Shown here: positions 9,201 through 17,341 of the stretch, piece after piece | Layout: each line of letters opens with the position of its first letter | How positions within the stretch are numbered: position 1 is the first letter of the stretch | From: Bacteroidales bacterium | GTDB taxonomy: Bacteria > Bacteroidota > Bacteroidia > Bacteroidales > JAGONC01 | Reading direction: 5' to 3' | Length of the DNA: 64,000 bases | NCBI GenBank assembly: GCA_035342335.1 | Contig: DAOQWY010000015.1 | Span: 6,971 to 70,970, forward strand | Position numbers and translations under genes: made by a program | Notes under the pieces: generated by a model | The model's database searches: none | What the model was told of the DNA's origin: nothing | The model's input: only the letters and a program-made list of their open reading frames with translations

Positions 9201-9301
9201 ATGACACGTGTGGGTGTGATCTGTTGATCCTGGGCGTTCAGGGATAAGGAGACAGATAACAGCCAAAGCATTCCGATGAACGAAGAAGCATATTCTTTCA
9301 T
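6260..9301 (-). CDS. secreted multidomain protein with PKD and GEVED domains
   Basis: 1013-aa ORF. Signal-like N-terminus MKEYASSFIGMLWLLSVSLSLNAQ. PKD-like segment FSASTTTPLPGGTVAFTDLSTGSPTSWSWEFEGGTPATSTLENPTVTYDTIGIYDVTLTVSDGD. GEVED signature YGEVEDFTI. C-terminal ~250 aa begin YLKTFLQGAY and carry two DxDxNG-like Ca-binding-looking motifs. No T9SS C-terminal domain recognised. Confidence 0.75.
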   Translation of the reverse strand: MKEYASSFIGMLWLLSVSLSLNAQDQQITPTRVITGEYLGETPPLRDLPTLTEADWQRMVEKAERKLLNPKLRTRSYPFAATALPQGPDPVWQRQGGADRISRAPILNFNGQDSPYYPPDANGSVGPNHYMQTINTVYAIYDKSGMLVAGPSALNTLFAGVAGSTCNDGDPIVLYDEQANRWLVAEFSICGSNDYLLVAVSTTSDPTGTWHKYSFDVADMPDYPKFGIWRDGYYLGTNNSTGNDIYVLERDQMLIGGTAQAVGFNNPWRPTTIDGFMCVPPLDNDGPFAPEGEPGLFITINDDAIGGGSDQLWIYELDVDWTTPSSSTFTRSQQVNVAAFDSNFGSNWDNIKQLGTSQELDAIPQVIMNPPQYRNFNTYETILCCHTVDVDATDHAGIRWYELRRVSGGDWTVRQQGTYAPDSHSRWMGSIVLNGQNEIGLGYSVSSSSIYPAIRYCGQSADGYATASGILDVPEEIIQDGVYFQSSYNRWGDYSGMQVDPTDDDTFWFTSEYIGTGGARKTKIASFIIGTMPLAANFSASTTTPLPGGTVAFTDLSTGSPTSWSWEFEGGTPATSTLENPTVTYDTIGIYDVTLTVSDGDESDTETKTNYIQVDLAYCASGSADYSDEWIAQVAFGSFTKNSGAAGYSNFTSDTIPVNSGETYSIILTPAYAGTVYAEYWKIWIDYNHDGDFSDSGEEVFTASNKKNAVTGSVAIPSDLSVTTRMRVSMKYGSAPGYCESFTYGEVEDFTILIGPETPADSYVYLKTFLQGAYNTATDLMRTDLNAGSYLPLLQPYATTPLAYEGTESVTSFNADAVDWVVVELRTDTLASTLVARQSALLLSNGWIVGTDQVNPPLFNEIVQGNSYYVVIYHRNHFPVMTASAIILPNTQATRYDLTASAANAYRTSNAVFPLETGVYGQIAGDVNWDKLLRYSGANNDKSYVFVRIGSLIPSPAMNDIVTGYYPEDVDMNGIIRYSGTGNDPAMIFTNIDYFTDPTYTTSTWISVVPVNY

Positions 9302-9404
9302 ATAAAAGAATTAAATCCATTGAATTAGGATCGGTTACAACAGTGTTGACAGCTTGTTTCATTTGAAATACCAGGCGTTGTATCCGTGGATGATCGCTTT
9401 GGCA

Positions 9405-10274
9405 TCAATCCATTTCAAACCCTGTTCTCAAATGGATATCCCGCTGCGGATAGGGGATCTCAATCGCATTTTCCTTGAACCTGGTAAATATGGCATAATA
9501 TAGCTGGCTTTTCAGAATTATGGGTGTATCAATGTATTCGGAAGTCCATACACGCAGGATAAAGTTGAGGCTGCTATCGGCAAACTCATCAAAAAGCACC
9601 TCGGGCCTGGGGTTTTTCAAAACACCCGGATTTTCATCCGCAACCTGAATCAGGATTTTACGGATCATTTCGGGATCCTCCTTGTAGGACACCCCAACCG
9701 GGAAATTCAACCTGACATTTCTGTCATTATGACTCCAGTTAATGACCCTTGAATTAATAAAATCAGAATTGGGTACAATGACGGTGATATTGTCGTTGGT
9801 GATGATGGTGGTGGCCCTGGCTGAAATCTTCACAATATTACCAGAGAGGTCGTCAATTTCAACTCTGTCACCCACCTTTACAGGCCTTTCAAAAAGGATG
9901 ATAATGCCGCTGATAAAATTATTGGTGACACTTTGTAATCCGAATCCGATCCCAATTCCCAGCGCTCCTATCAGTATTCCCAGAGCGCTCAGGTCGATTC
10001 CGGTGGTCTGGAATATGATCAGCAATCCCAGCAGGACAAGAAAGTAACGCACAATGTTTGCAATGGCCTGGCTAACACCAACATCGAGGTTATACCTTGG
10101 GAATATTTTTTTTACGAGCAGTTTTCGGATCTTTGACGCCAGAAACAAAAGCAGAAAAAGAGAAATTATCAGAAGAATGATAGTCCTGGTGGTGAAAATA
10201 CTTTCACCGAGGTGGAACAATTCAAGGTTCCATACCGAATGAAACCAATCTACTACTTGATCGAAATTCTTCAT
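9405..10274 (-). CDS. mechanosensitive ion channel, MscS family
   Basis: ORF 9405..10316, with an ATG at 10274 (MKNFDQVVDWF). The MscS core is GFGLQSVTNNFISGIIILFERPVKVGDRVEIDDLSGNIVKISARATTIITNDNITVIVPNSDFINSRVINWSH. Confidence 0.85.
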   Translation of the reverse strand: MKNFDQVVDWFHSVWNLELFHLGESIFTTRTIILLIISLFLLLFLASKIRKLLVKKIFPRYNLDVGVSQAIANIVRYFLVLLGLLIIFQTTGIDLSALGILIGALGIGIGFGLQSVTNNFISGIIILFERPVKVGDRVEIDDLSGNIVKISARATTIITNDNITVIVPNSDFINSRVINWSHNDRNVRLNFPVGVSYKEDPEMIRKILIQVADENPGVLKNPRPEVLFDEFADSSLNFILRVWTSEYIDTPIILKSQLYYAIFTRFKENAIEIPYPQRDIHLRTGFEMD

Positions 10275-10286
10275 GGTTGTCTTATG

Positions 10287-10294
10287 CAAATCTA
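10287..10294 (-). promoter_or_regulatory. possible -7 box TAGATTTG for the MscS gene
   Basis: The reverse complement of caaatcta matches TAnnTTTG. It is only 13 nt upstream of the ATG, which implies a very short leader. Confidence 0.3.
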
Positions 10295-10400
10295 TATAAA
10301 TTCGATTATCTTGCAATGCAGAACATAATTTTTTAATATTGTACTGTCAAAGTGCCCATCGAAGGAATCATTTTTCATTGGTGGGGAAAATTTTCCATCT

Positions 10401-13400
10401 ATGACTACGGCAAAACGATTCGGGACATTTGGAGGGGTGTTCACTCCTTCGATCCTGACCATTCTCGGAGTCATTATGTATATGAGACTGCCGATGATTG
10501 TCGGGGAAGCGGGATTATTCGGCACACTGGGTATCATTTTCATCGCCCATCTTATCTCCATCACCACCGGACTGAGTGTATCCTCCATTGCCACTGATAA
10601 GAAAGTAAAAGAGGGCGGCACCTATTACATCATTTCGCGAAGCCTGGGACTGCCCATCGGCGGGACCCTCGGCCTGGCCCTTTTTGTCGGATTGTCTTTT
10701 GCCGTGAGCCTCTACCTGATTGGTTTTTCAGAAAGCTTTCTCGGATACTTCAATTTACCGATGGACATCCGCTCCATCCGCATCACCGGAAGTATCATTC
10801 TCCTGGTGGTGACCATCATTACCTTCATCAGTGCTTCTCTTGCCATCAAAGCCCAGTACCTGATCATGATCGCCATGGGGCTGTCGCTGCTCTCGATTCT
10901 GATGGGCCGGCATGACATGGCACCTTCATCGCCCAATTTTTTCGGACAGGGCACTGGTATTCCGCTGATGGTTCTGTTTGGTATCTTTTTCCCTGCAGTG
11001 ACGGGCTTCGAAGCGGGCGTTTCCATGTCGGGTGATCTGAAAAATCCCAACAGATCGATCCCGAGGGGTACCATTTCGGCCATAATCATTGGATTGGTCG
11101 TTTACATCATTCTGGCATTTTTTTATTCCTATAAAGTGGATGCCGGGTTGCTGGCCACGGATCCCCGTGCCTTATTCAAAATAGCCCTGGTACCGGAACT
11201 TGTGATCGCCGGTATCTGGGGTGCCACGTTGAGTTCAGCCCTTGGAAGTATCCTGGCTGCCCCCAGAATCTTGCAGTCCACCGCCATCGACCGAATCACC
11301 CCCCGTATTTTTTCCAGGGGCGCGGGCGTTGCCAATGAACCACGCAATGCCCTTTTGCTTACCTTCCTGATCGCTGAAGCAGGTATTCTGATCGGCGAAC
11401 TGAATGTTATTGCCCGGATCGTCTCCATATTTTTCATCACCACCTATGGATTTTTGAACCTGAGCGCTGCCTTTGAACGAATCACCAGTCCCGATTTCCG
11501 GCCATCCTTCAAAACACCGGCCTGGGTTAGCATTCTGGGATCGGTGGCCTGTTTTATTGTAATGATCCAGCTTGACTTTCTGGCCATGATCGCTGGTGTG
11601 GTCATCCTGGGATTGCTTTTTGTCGTACTCAAGAGAAGGCAACTGGTACTGGAAACCGGGGATACCTGGAGCAGTGTGTGGGCTACAATGGTCAGGACTG
11701 GCCTGCGGCGATTGAAAAAATCCTCCGAGAATACCCGTAACTGGCGGCCCAATATCATTCTTTTTTGCGGGCAGGATACGGCAAGACCTCATCTGGTTGA
11801 AATGGCGAAAGCCTTCAGTGGCCGACTGGGCATGTTTTCCGCCTTTGAACTGGTGGAATCCAGGGAGCCACGACTGATCAAGGACCAGCGTTATTTTTCC
11901 GCGTCAGGGAAAAAGGATGAATTCCTCATTCATCAGCATAAGTGCCGCAACATCTATGAGGGCATGGATGAAATTGCCCGTGTATATGGTTTTTCAGGGA
12001 TTGAACCCAATACGATCCTGATGGGGTGGAGCAAAAATGCAAAAAATAAGGAGCAGTTTTTGCACCTTATTCAAGGCTTTAAAGAAAGTAATTTCAATAG
12101 CATTTTATTGAATTACAATACTTCGAAAAAATTTGGTGAGAAAAAAACCATCGATGTCTGGTGGAGCGGCAAGGGCCGAAACCTTATTTTTTCGACCTTT
12201 CTCCTGCGACATTTCACTTCGGAGGGTGACTGGAAAGATGCCCGTATCAGGGTAATGGTCATCAATAATGTCCGTGCCAGGACAGAAAGCCTGCACAAGA
12301 TCCTGCAACAGATCCTTACCCGGTACCGGATCACCATGGAAATTAAAATCATTGACAACAGTGCCGACGGATTGCCGGCTAAAGATGTCATCTGCAGGGA
12401 ATCAGGGGCTTCGGACCTGACATTGATCGGTTTACCCGACTTGGAGTACCAGAACATCGATCGTGTTTTTGACAATGTCCTTACACTGTCGCAGCATCTT
12501 GGTACCTTCCTGCTGGTGAACAGCTCCTCCCATTTTGAATCGTTTGATCTCGGCATGGAACCGCAGCCTGATGCAGGGCGCACCATCCTCCCGCCTCAGG
12601 ATCCGGATCTGCCCGCCGTGGAGGCTCCTCCATACCCTGTTGTTCAGGAGGATATCGCCAAAATGGATATCCATGGAAGGCAGATGCACGCCCTTTTCTT
12701 TGAAAAAACGTTCATTCCTGTATTTCAGGACCTTGAAAAGCTTGCCGGGGAAATCCATTCAGCCATTCAAAAGGTTTTTGACCAGATTGATCAGCTTGGC
12801 GACCTTCCCGATGCATACCGCAGGACAAAAACCCTGATCAAGATCAGCAACGATTTTTATTTCAGAACCAGCAGGATCTTCACCGATCTCATTTCCAGGA
12901 AACTTGATCTTCAGAAGTCAACGCTGGATAGCGGAATCAACTGGTACATCAACCAGCTTGACCAGGCCCTCCTGCAATTTCCGGCCAGGATCGAGATTCC
13001 CTATGAAACGAAAGACCTTGCCATACGGAAAAAGGACCCCTTTTTGCTGAAGTGGTTTAAATTCCGCAGGCGCATAACTCATCTCCGCCCCGGCGCAACC
13101 TGGATGGCAAAGATCCACTATCAGGAGATCGCGGCTTATTATCTGCGAAACAATCAGCATGTTTTTCTCAGTGACTTTCTTGAACAGTTTCAAAATGACC
13201 TGTTCAACCAGTTATCGGAAAGCCACGCGCTGACCATCTCTGTGGATGAACTGCTGGAAACCCTCCTAAAAAAAGCATCGAACAAGGATGAATTTCTGGA
13301 TGCAGTCATCAAACACCGTCGGATCATCGAAGATAAAGTTGCTGCGTCAAGCGAAGGGATCAAGAAGCGCACCGAACAGGAGCAGCGTCGTCTGTTAGCG

Positions 13401-15500
13401 GAGTTCCACAAGAACCTTCAGCGGATGAGTAACGACCTGGGAAAGGCCGATGTCAATTTCCGGATACGCCGAAAACGCGGAAAAAGGAACCATTATGAGA
13501 AATTGATTCAGGAAAATGCCGGATTCGCCGAAACATGGTACGATCAAACCCTCTTACAGGTCAATAAGATCCACCTGGACCTACTGGTACAATCATACAG
13601 GAATCGCGTCAAAGACAAGATTAATGAGCTGTATTTGTCCATCAATCAGCAATTGAACAACCGTTACTGTCTGGAACTTAAAAAGGTTCGCTCAAAACTG
13701 GAAAAGTTCAGCGGGAATGTGAACGAGCTCACCGGTTTAAAAAAGCGCATCCAGGCGATCAATAACGACCTTACGTTTTTGCAGGACTTTGACACACTTG
13801 GGGATGAGGTTCTCAAATTGACAGAGTTACTACCGGAGAGCATCGTTATTCCTTCCGGCGGTTCAGCAGAGGCTCAAACGGATGAATCACCAGAGCCACA
13901 GGAGGTCCCCCTGCGTAAGATCACTCGCTTTTACATCGAATCGGGGTTCCTTGGCACGATCCACGACCAGCTGGAAGAAAGCACCGAAAAGTTGAAAGGC
14001 CCGATACTCACGATCCAGGATCTGTTGACCCTGACGTATTTTAATCTTCAAAATATTCCTGACGATCTGTCGGATAAGACCCGTGTGATCGTTTCCATTG
14101 TTGAGGAGGCCAGTGAGAAGATACAGAACGAAGAGGAAAAGATACGCCGGGAGGAGGAACATATCATCAATGGGATCGACAGATCGTTACAGGAAGTGTT
14201 CGGTCAGCTTACCGTTTATCGGATTCCTTTGACATTATCCAATTATTCACGCTTTTTACGTCAACCCCAGGGTAAAACTGTACGAAAGAAAGTGGACATT
14301 TATTTAGAGAGGTTGAATCAGGCTTTCAGGCGTCTTCTGGCAAAGGTGCTTTATTCAAGAAGTGAGGGAATACTCCTGGCCAGGAAGATCACGGAAACCG
14401 GGCCCGGAGTGGAGGGAACACAGCGGATCATTGACCTGGCTGAACAGGTGCGTCCTAAAGACAAAGTACTCGAAAAATTGCCCCAGTTTTACAAAAATCT
14501 GTACAGCGGCCGATCAAGTATCAACGAAGACTTCTGGATCCGGCGTGAAAAGGAAGAGCAAATGTTCAGGATCGCTGTGATGCGGCATCATTCCGGTTAC
14601 GGGGGCGGGATCCTGATCCTCGGAGAGCGAAATGCAGGGAAGACGACTTTTTGTAAGAATATGGCCGCAAAGCTTCTCAGTTCAGAACAGGTTTACCATC
14701 TTTTTCCCGTTCCGGAAGGCTCCTGCCAGGTGTCGGAATTCACAGCCGAATTGGAGAAAGTGACCCGTACACAGGGTTCCGTTGAGGAGATCCTGTCATC
14801 GCTTTCCTCAGATAGTGTTTTGATGATCCACGATCTTGAACTCTGGTGGGAGCGTTCGGTACAGGGATGGGAAGTGGTCAAACTGCTCAAGCGGATGATC
14901 AACGATTACGGCAGAAAGGTCCTCTTTGTGGTCAACATGAACCCGTTCACCTATGACCTGATGCAGAGAATGGTCAAGCTTCAGGAGGCTTTCATCAGCA
15001 TCATCACCCTGAGTCCATTTGATGCATTGGATCTGAAGGAAATGATCATTCGCAGGCATCATTCAAGTGGTTTGAAGTTTGTCTTGAACAAAACGGATGA
15101 GGAAGAACTGTCAGAGATACGGATGGCAAGCCTTTTCAATGCCTATTTTGATTACTCAGAGGGTAATCCCGGAATGGCCCTCAAGGCCTGGCTTGCCAAC
15201 ATCACCGGGGTCTTCGGTCAACGGATCCACATACGACCTCCGCGCCTTCCCGATATGAGTAGGTTGTCGCAACTGGATGAGGACTGGAAACTGGTGCTGA
15301 TCAATATGATTCTGCAAAAAAGAATGGATTGTGATAAAATGGCCAGGATATTCCATATGGATAGTGTACGTGCAAAAGATATCATTATCTCGATGGAAAG
15401 GGTTGGCCTGATCGAAGAACGAAATGAAAACCTGTACAATGTGAATACGTATCTGGAACCGCATCTGGTTAGGGCATTCAAAAAGGAAGGATTTGTATGA
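10401..15500 (+). CDS. fusion protein: SLC12/CCC-type cation-chloride cotransporter + long helical region + C-terminal P-loop (AAA+/ORC-like) ATPase with winged-helix-like tail
   Basis: One uninterrupted 1699-codon frame. The N-terminus FGTFGGVFTPSILTILGVIMYMRLPMIVGEAGL plus about 12 hydrophobic segments indicate a CCC/APC-fold permease. RNWRPNIILFCG, IEPNTILMGWS and IDVWWSGKGRNL indicate an SLC12 cytoplasmic domain. Walker A GERNAGKT is at 14622-14645. Walker B-like VLMIHDLE is at 14817-14840. Confidence 0.8.
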   Translation: MTTAKRFGTFGGVFTPSILTILGVIMYMRLPMIVGEAGLFGTLGIIFIAHLISITTGLSVSSIATDKKVKEGGTYYIISRSLGLPIGGTLGLALFVGLSFAVSLYLIGFSESFLGYFNLPMDIRSIRITGSIILLVVTIITFISASLAIKAQYLIMIAMGLSLLSILMGRHDMAPSSPNFFGQGTGIPLMVLFGIFFPAVTGFEAGVSMSGDLKNPNRSIPRGTISAIIIGLVVYIILAFFYSYKVDAGLLATDPRALFKIALVPELVIAGIWGATLSSALGSILAAPRILQSTAIDRITPRIFSRGAGVANEPRNALLLTFLIAEAGILIGELNVIARIVSIFFITTYGFLNLSAAFERITSPDFRPSFKTPAWVSILGSVACFIVMIQLDFLAMIAGVVILGLLFVVLKRRQLVLETGDTWSSVWATMVRTGLRRLKKSSENTRNWRPNIILFCGQDTARPHLVEMAKAFSGRLGMFSAFELVESREPRLIKDQRYFSASGKKDEFLIHQHKCRNIYEGMDEIARVYGFSGIEPNTILMGWSKNAKNKEQFLHLIQGFKESNFNSILLNYNTSKKFGEKKTIDVWWSGKGRNLIFSTFLLRHFTSEGDWKDARIRVMVINNVRARTESLHKILQQILTRYRITMEIKIIDNSADGLPAKDVICRESGASDLTLIGLPDLEYQNIDRVFDNVLTLSQHLGTFLLVNSSSHFESFDLGMEPQPDAGRTILPPQDPDLPAVEAPPYPVVQEDIAKMDIHGRQMHALFFEKTFIPVFQDLEKLAGEIHSAIQKVFDQIDQLGDLPDAYRRTKTLIKISNDFYFRTSRIFTDLISRKLDLQKSTLDSGINWYINQLDQALLQFPARIEIPYETKDLAIRKKDPFLLKWFKFRRRITHLRPGATWMAKIHYQEIAAYYLRNNQHVFLSDFLEQFQNDLFNQLSESHALTISVDELLETLLKKASNKDEFLDAVIKHRRIIEDKVAASSEGIKKRTEQEQRRLLAEFHKNLQRMSNDLGKADVNFRIRRKRGKRNHYEKLIQENAGFAETWYDQTLLQVNKIHLDLLVQSYRNRVKDKINELYLSINQQLNNRYCLELKKVRSKLEKFSGNVNELTGLKKRIQAINNDLTFLQDFDTLGDEVLKLTELLPESIVIPSGGSAEAQTDESPEPQEVPLRKITRFYIESGFLGTIHDQLEESTEKLKGPILTIQDLLTLTYFNLQNIPDDLSDKTRVIVSIVEEASEKIQNEEEKIRREEEHIINGIDRSLQEVFGQLTVYRIPLTLSNYSRFLRQPQGKTVRKKVDIYLERLNQAFRRLLAKVLYSRSEGILLARKITETGPGVEGTQRIIDLAEQVRPKDKVLEKLPQFYKNLYSGRSSINEDFWIRREKEEQMFRIAVMRHHSGYGGGILILGERNAGKTTFCKNMAAKLLSSEQVYHLFPVPEGSCQVSEFTAELEKVTRTQGSVEEILSSLSSDSVLMIHDLELWWERSVQGWEVVKLLKRMINDYGRKVLFVVNMNPFTYDLMQRMVKLQEAFISIITLSPFDALDLKEMIIRRHHSSGLKFVLNKTDEEELSEIRMASLFNAYFDYSEGNPGMALKAWLANITGVFGQRIHIRPPRLPDMSRLSQLDEDWKLVLINMILQKRMDCDKMARIFHMDSVRAKDIIISMERVGLIEERNENLYNVNTYLEPHLVRAFKKEGFV

Positions 15501-15533
15501 TCTGGTTCCAGCCAATTTCATAAACTGCTGAGA

Positions 15534-16250
15534 ATGAAGTTTATCATTGCGCTCCTTATTGCCTTGCTGATCTTTCTGGCACTGAAACTTATCGGATTCC
15601 TGTTGAAATATCTGTCGTACCGGTTCGCCAGAATGGGTTTTCTGCATCATCTCAGGGTGGTACTCGGATTTATCGCCTGGCTGTTCTTTATCTTTTGGGC
15701 GATGGATTACTTGTTCAGAAACGAGTTCTTCTTTCCGTATCTTCTTTCTGTCCTTATTCTTCTCGTCGTCGGTTTTCTGGGATGGTACCTGCTGAGGGAT
15801 TTATTTGCCGGTATTGTTTTCAGAGTGAAGTATTCGCTGAAAAAAGGTACGCATATCCGGGCGGGAGAGATCTCAGGCATCATCCAATCCCAGCATCTCA
15901 CCTGCCTGAAGATCATAACAGACGATGGTCAGATGCTCCGGGTTCCCTATTCGAGAATTAACCACGAAATGATCATCGAACGGGTTCAGCCTGGTGTGCT
16001 CAAAGGTACTGTTGTTCATCTTCTCGTCGACTCTTCGCTGAGCAAATACCAGGTCGAAACCCTGATCCACGACACCATTTTGAATTTACCCTGGAGTAGC
16101 CTGAAAGAAGAGCCTGCCATCCGGTTCCTTCAGGAAAACGAAAAGGAACATAGGGTTGTGGTGACTTTTTATACGTTAAGTGCGAAGCATGCCAGGCTCA
16201 TTGAGGCGGCCCTGGTAGAGATCCCTTCTGTCAGGATGAAGGCTGGATAA
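15534..16250 (+). CDS. small membrane protein with MscS-like beta-domain
   Basis: 238 aa with hydrophobic N-terminal segments. GTHIRAGEISGIIQSQHLTCLKIITDDGQMLRVPYSRI resembles the MscS motif xGDxIxxxGxxGxVxxIxxRxTxxxxxDGxxxxIPN. It starts 33 nt after the fusion gene. Confidence 0.5.
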   Translation: MKFIIALLIALLIFLALKLIGFLLKYLSYRFARMGFLHHLRVVLGFIAWLFFIFWAMDYLFRNEFFFPYLLSVLILLVVGFLGWYLLRDLFAGIVFRVKYSLKKGTHIRAGEISGIIQSQHLTCLKIITDDGQMLRVPYSRINHEMIIERVQPGVLKGTVVHLLVDSSLSKYQVETLIHDTILNLPWSSLKEEPAIRFLQENEKEHRVVVTFYTLSAKHARLIEAALVEIPSVRMKAG

Positions 16251-17079
16251 GCTGTTTCTGGTTGTTTTTCCTGGTATAATCCTCCAGCGATAAATAATCC
16301 GCACCCTGCAGCTCTGTAAACCGTATGCTGTAACCCTTCACGCCGAAGATCAGCTCAAGTGCCCTTTCAACGTGATGCCGGAGGGGTTCGGTGATCCATT
16401 TTAATTCGGAAGGACCATTTTCCGTATCTTTCTCCACCTGTGCCCTGATTTCCTCTTTAAGTTTGCTGGCAATATGGTCCAGCCTGGGATTCGTTTTCCA
16501 GTGTTCGCTCCCAAAAAAAGGGGTGTTCAATTCCAGTATCTCGGCGATTTCCCAAGTGCAGGCCCTTTTCGTAAAGGATAAGAATTCCGGATCTGCATTT
16601 TTGATGAAAATTTCCCTGTTCTCCTCGTCTATTTTGAACATCAATTTATGAAAATCCACTCCGTATTTTGCGATGAAATCAACGTTGATCACGCCAATGA
16701 ACTGTACATCCTTTCCTTTGCTATTGAACTGCTGATTCACCGTCCTTTTAAAATTGGTGTTGACTTCAAAAAGACCCAGCTCCAGGACCGTGTTGATCTC
16801 GGAGATGTTCAGCTTTCTTTTTGCATAGTCTTCATTTTCCTGTTCTAATTTCTGGTTCTCAGCTTTCACTTTCAACAGCTCCTCATTCAACGTATCGATC
16901 TGCTGCATTTTTTCTTTCAGGAGGAATTCCCATAACAGAACGAGGAAAGCGGTGAGGCCCAGAACGATCAATCCGATGATGAACACCTTGTTGAAAAGCA
17001 GGAGCACTGCCAGCAGAAGCAGCGCTCCTGCCATAAGGTAGAACTTGAACTTTCTGAACAAATTGGTCCTTCGTGGCAT
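16231..17079 (-). CDS. membrane-anchored coiled-coil protein, DUF4230-like
   Basis: 282 aa. One or two N-terminal TM segments, then a coiled coil (EELLKVKAENQKLEQENEDYAKRK). The stretch FIGVINVDFIAKYGVDFHKLMFKIDEENREIFIKNADPEFLSF resembles the DUF4230 core. The family call is tentative. Confidence 0.45.
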   Translation of the reverse strand: MPRRTNLFRKFKFYLMAGALLLLAVLLLFNKVFIIGLIVLGLTAFLVLLWEFLLKEKMQQIDTLNEELLKVKAENQKLEQENEDYAKRKLNISEINTVLELGLFEVNTNFKRTVNQQFNSKGKDVQFIGVINVDFIAKYGVDFHKLMFKIDEENREIFIKNADPEFLSFTKRACTWEIAEILELNTPFFGSEHWKTNPRLDHIASKLKEEIRAQVEKDTENGPSELKWITEPLRHHVERALELIFGVKGYSIRFTELQGADYLSLEDYTRKNNQKQLIQPSS

Positions 17080-17341
17080 TGTTATGCTTTGATAAGCTCC
17101 CGCATGGGAATGATTGTGTTACAAATGTACGTTTTATTGCGTTACCACGTATTTCCGGCAGCGCGGTTTGTCAGCTGTATGGATGCAGATTTCCTTCCTT
17201 TGTCGGGAAAAAAACAATTTAATTAATATCTTGTTGATTTATAGATGTTTATATTAATGAATAAAAATAAGGACAAATTTTTTGTAATTATGGATAGTTT
17301 TATATTTTTAGATGCTTAAATATTCACTAAAATTCCAGACT

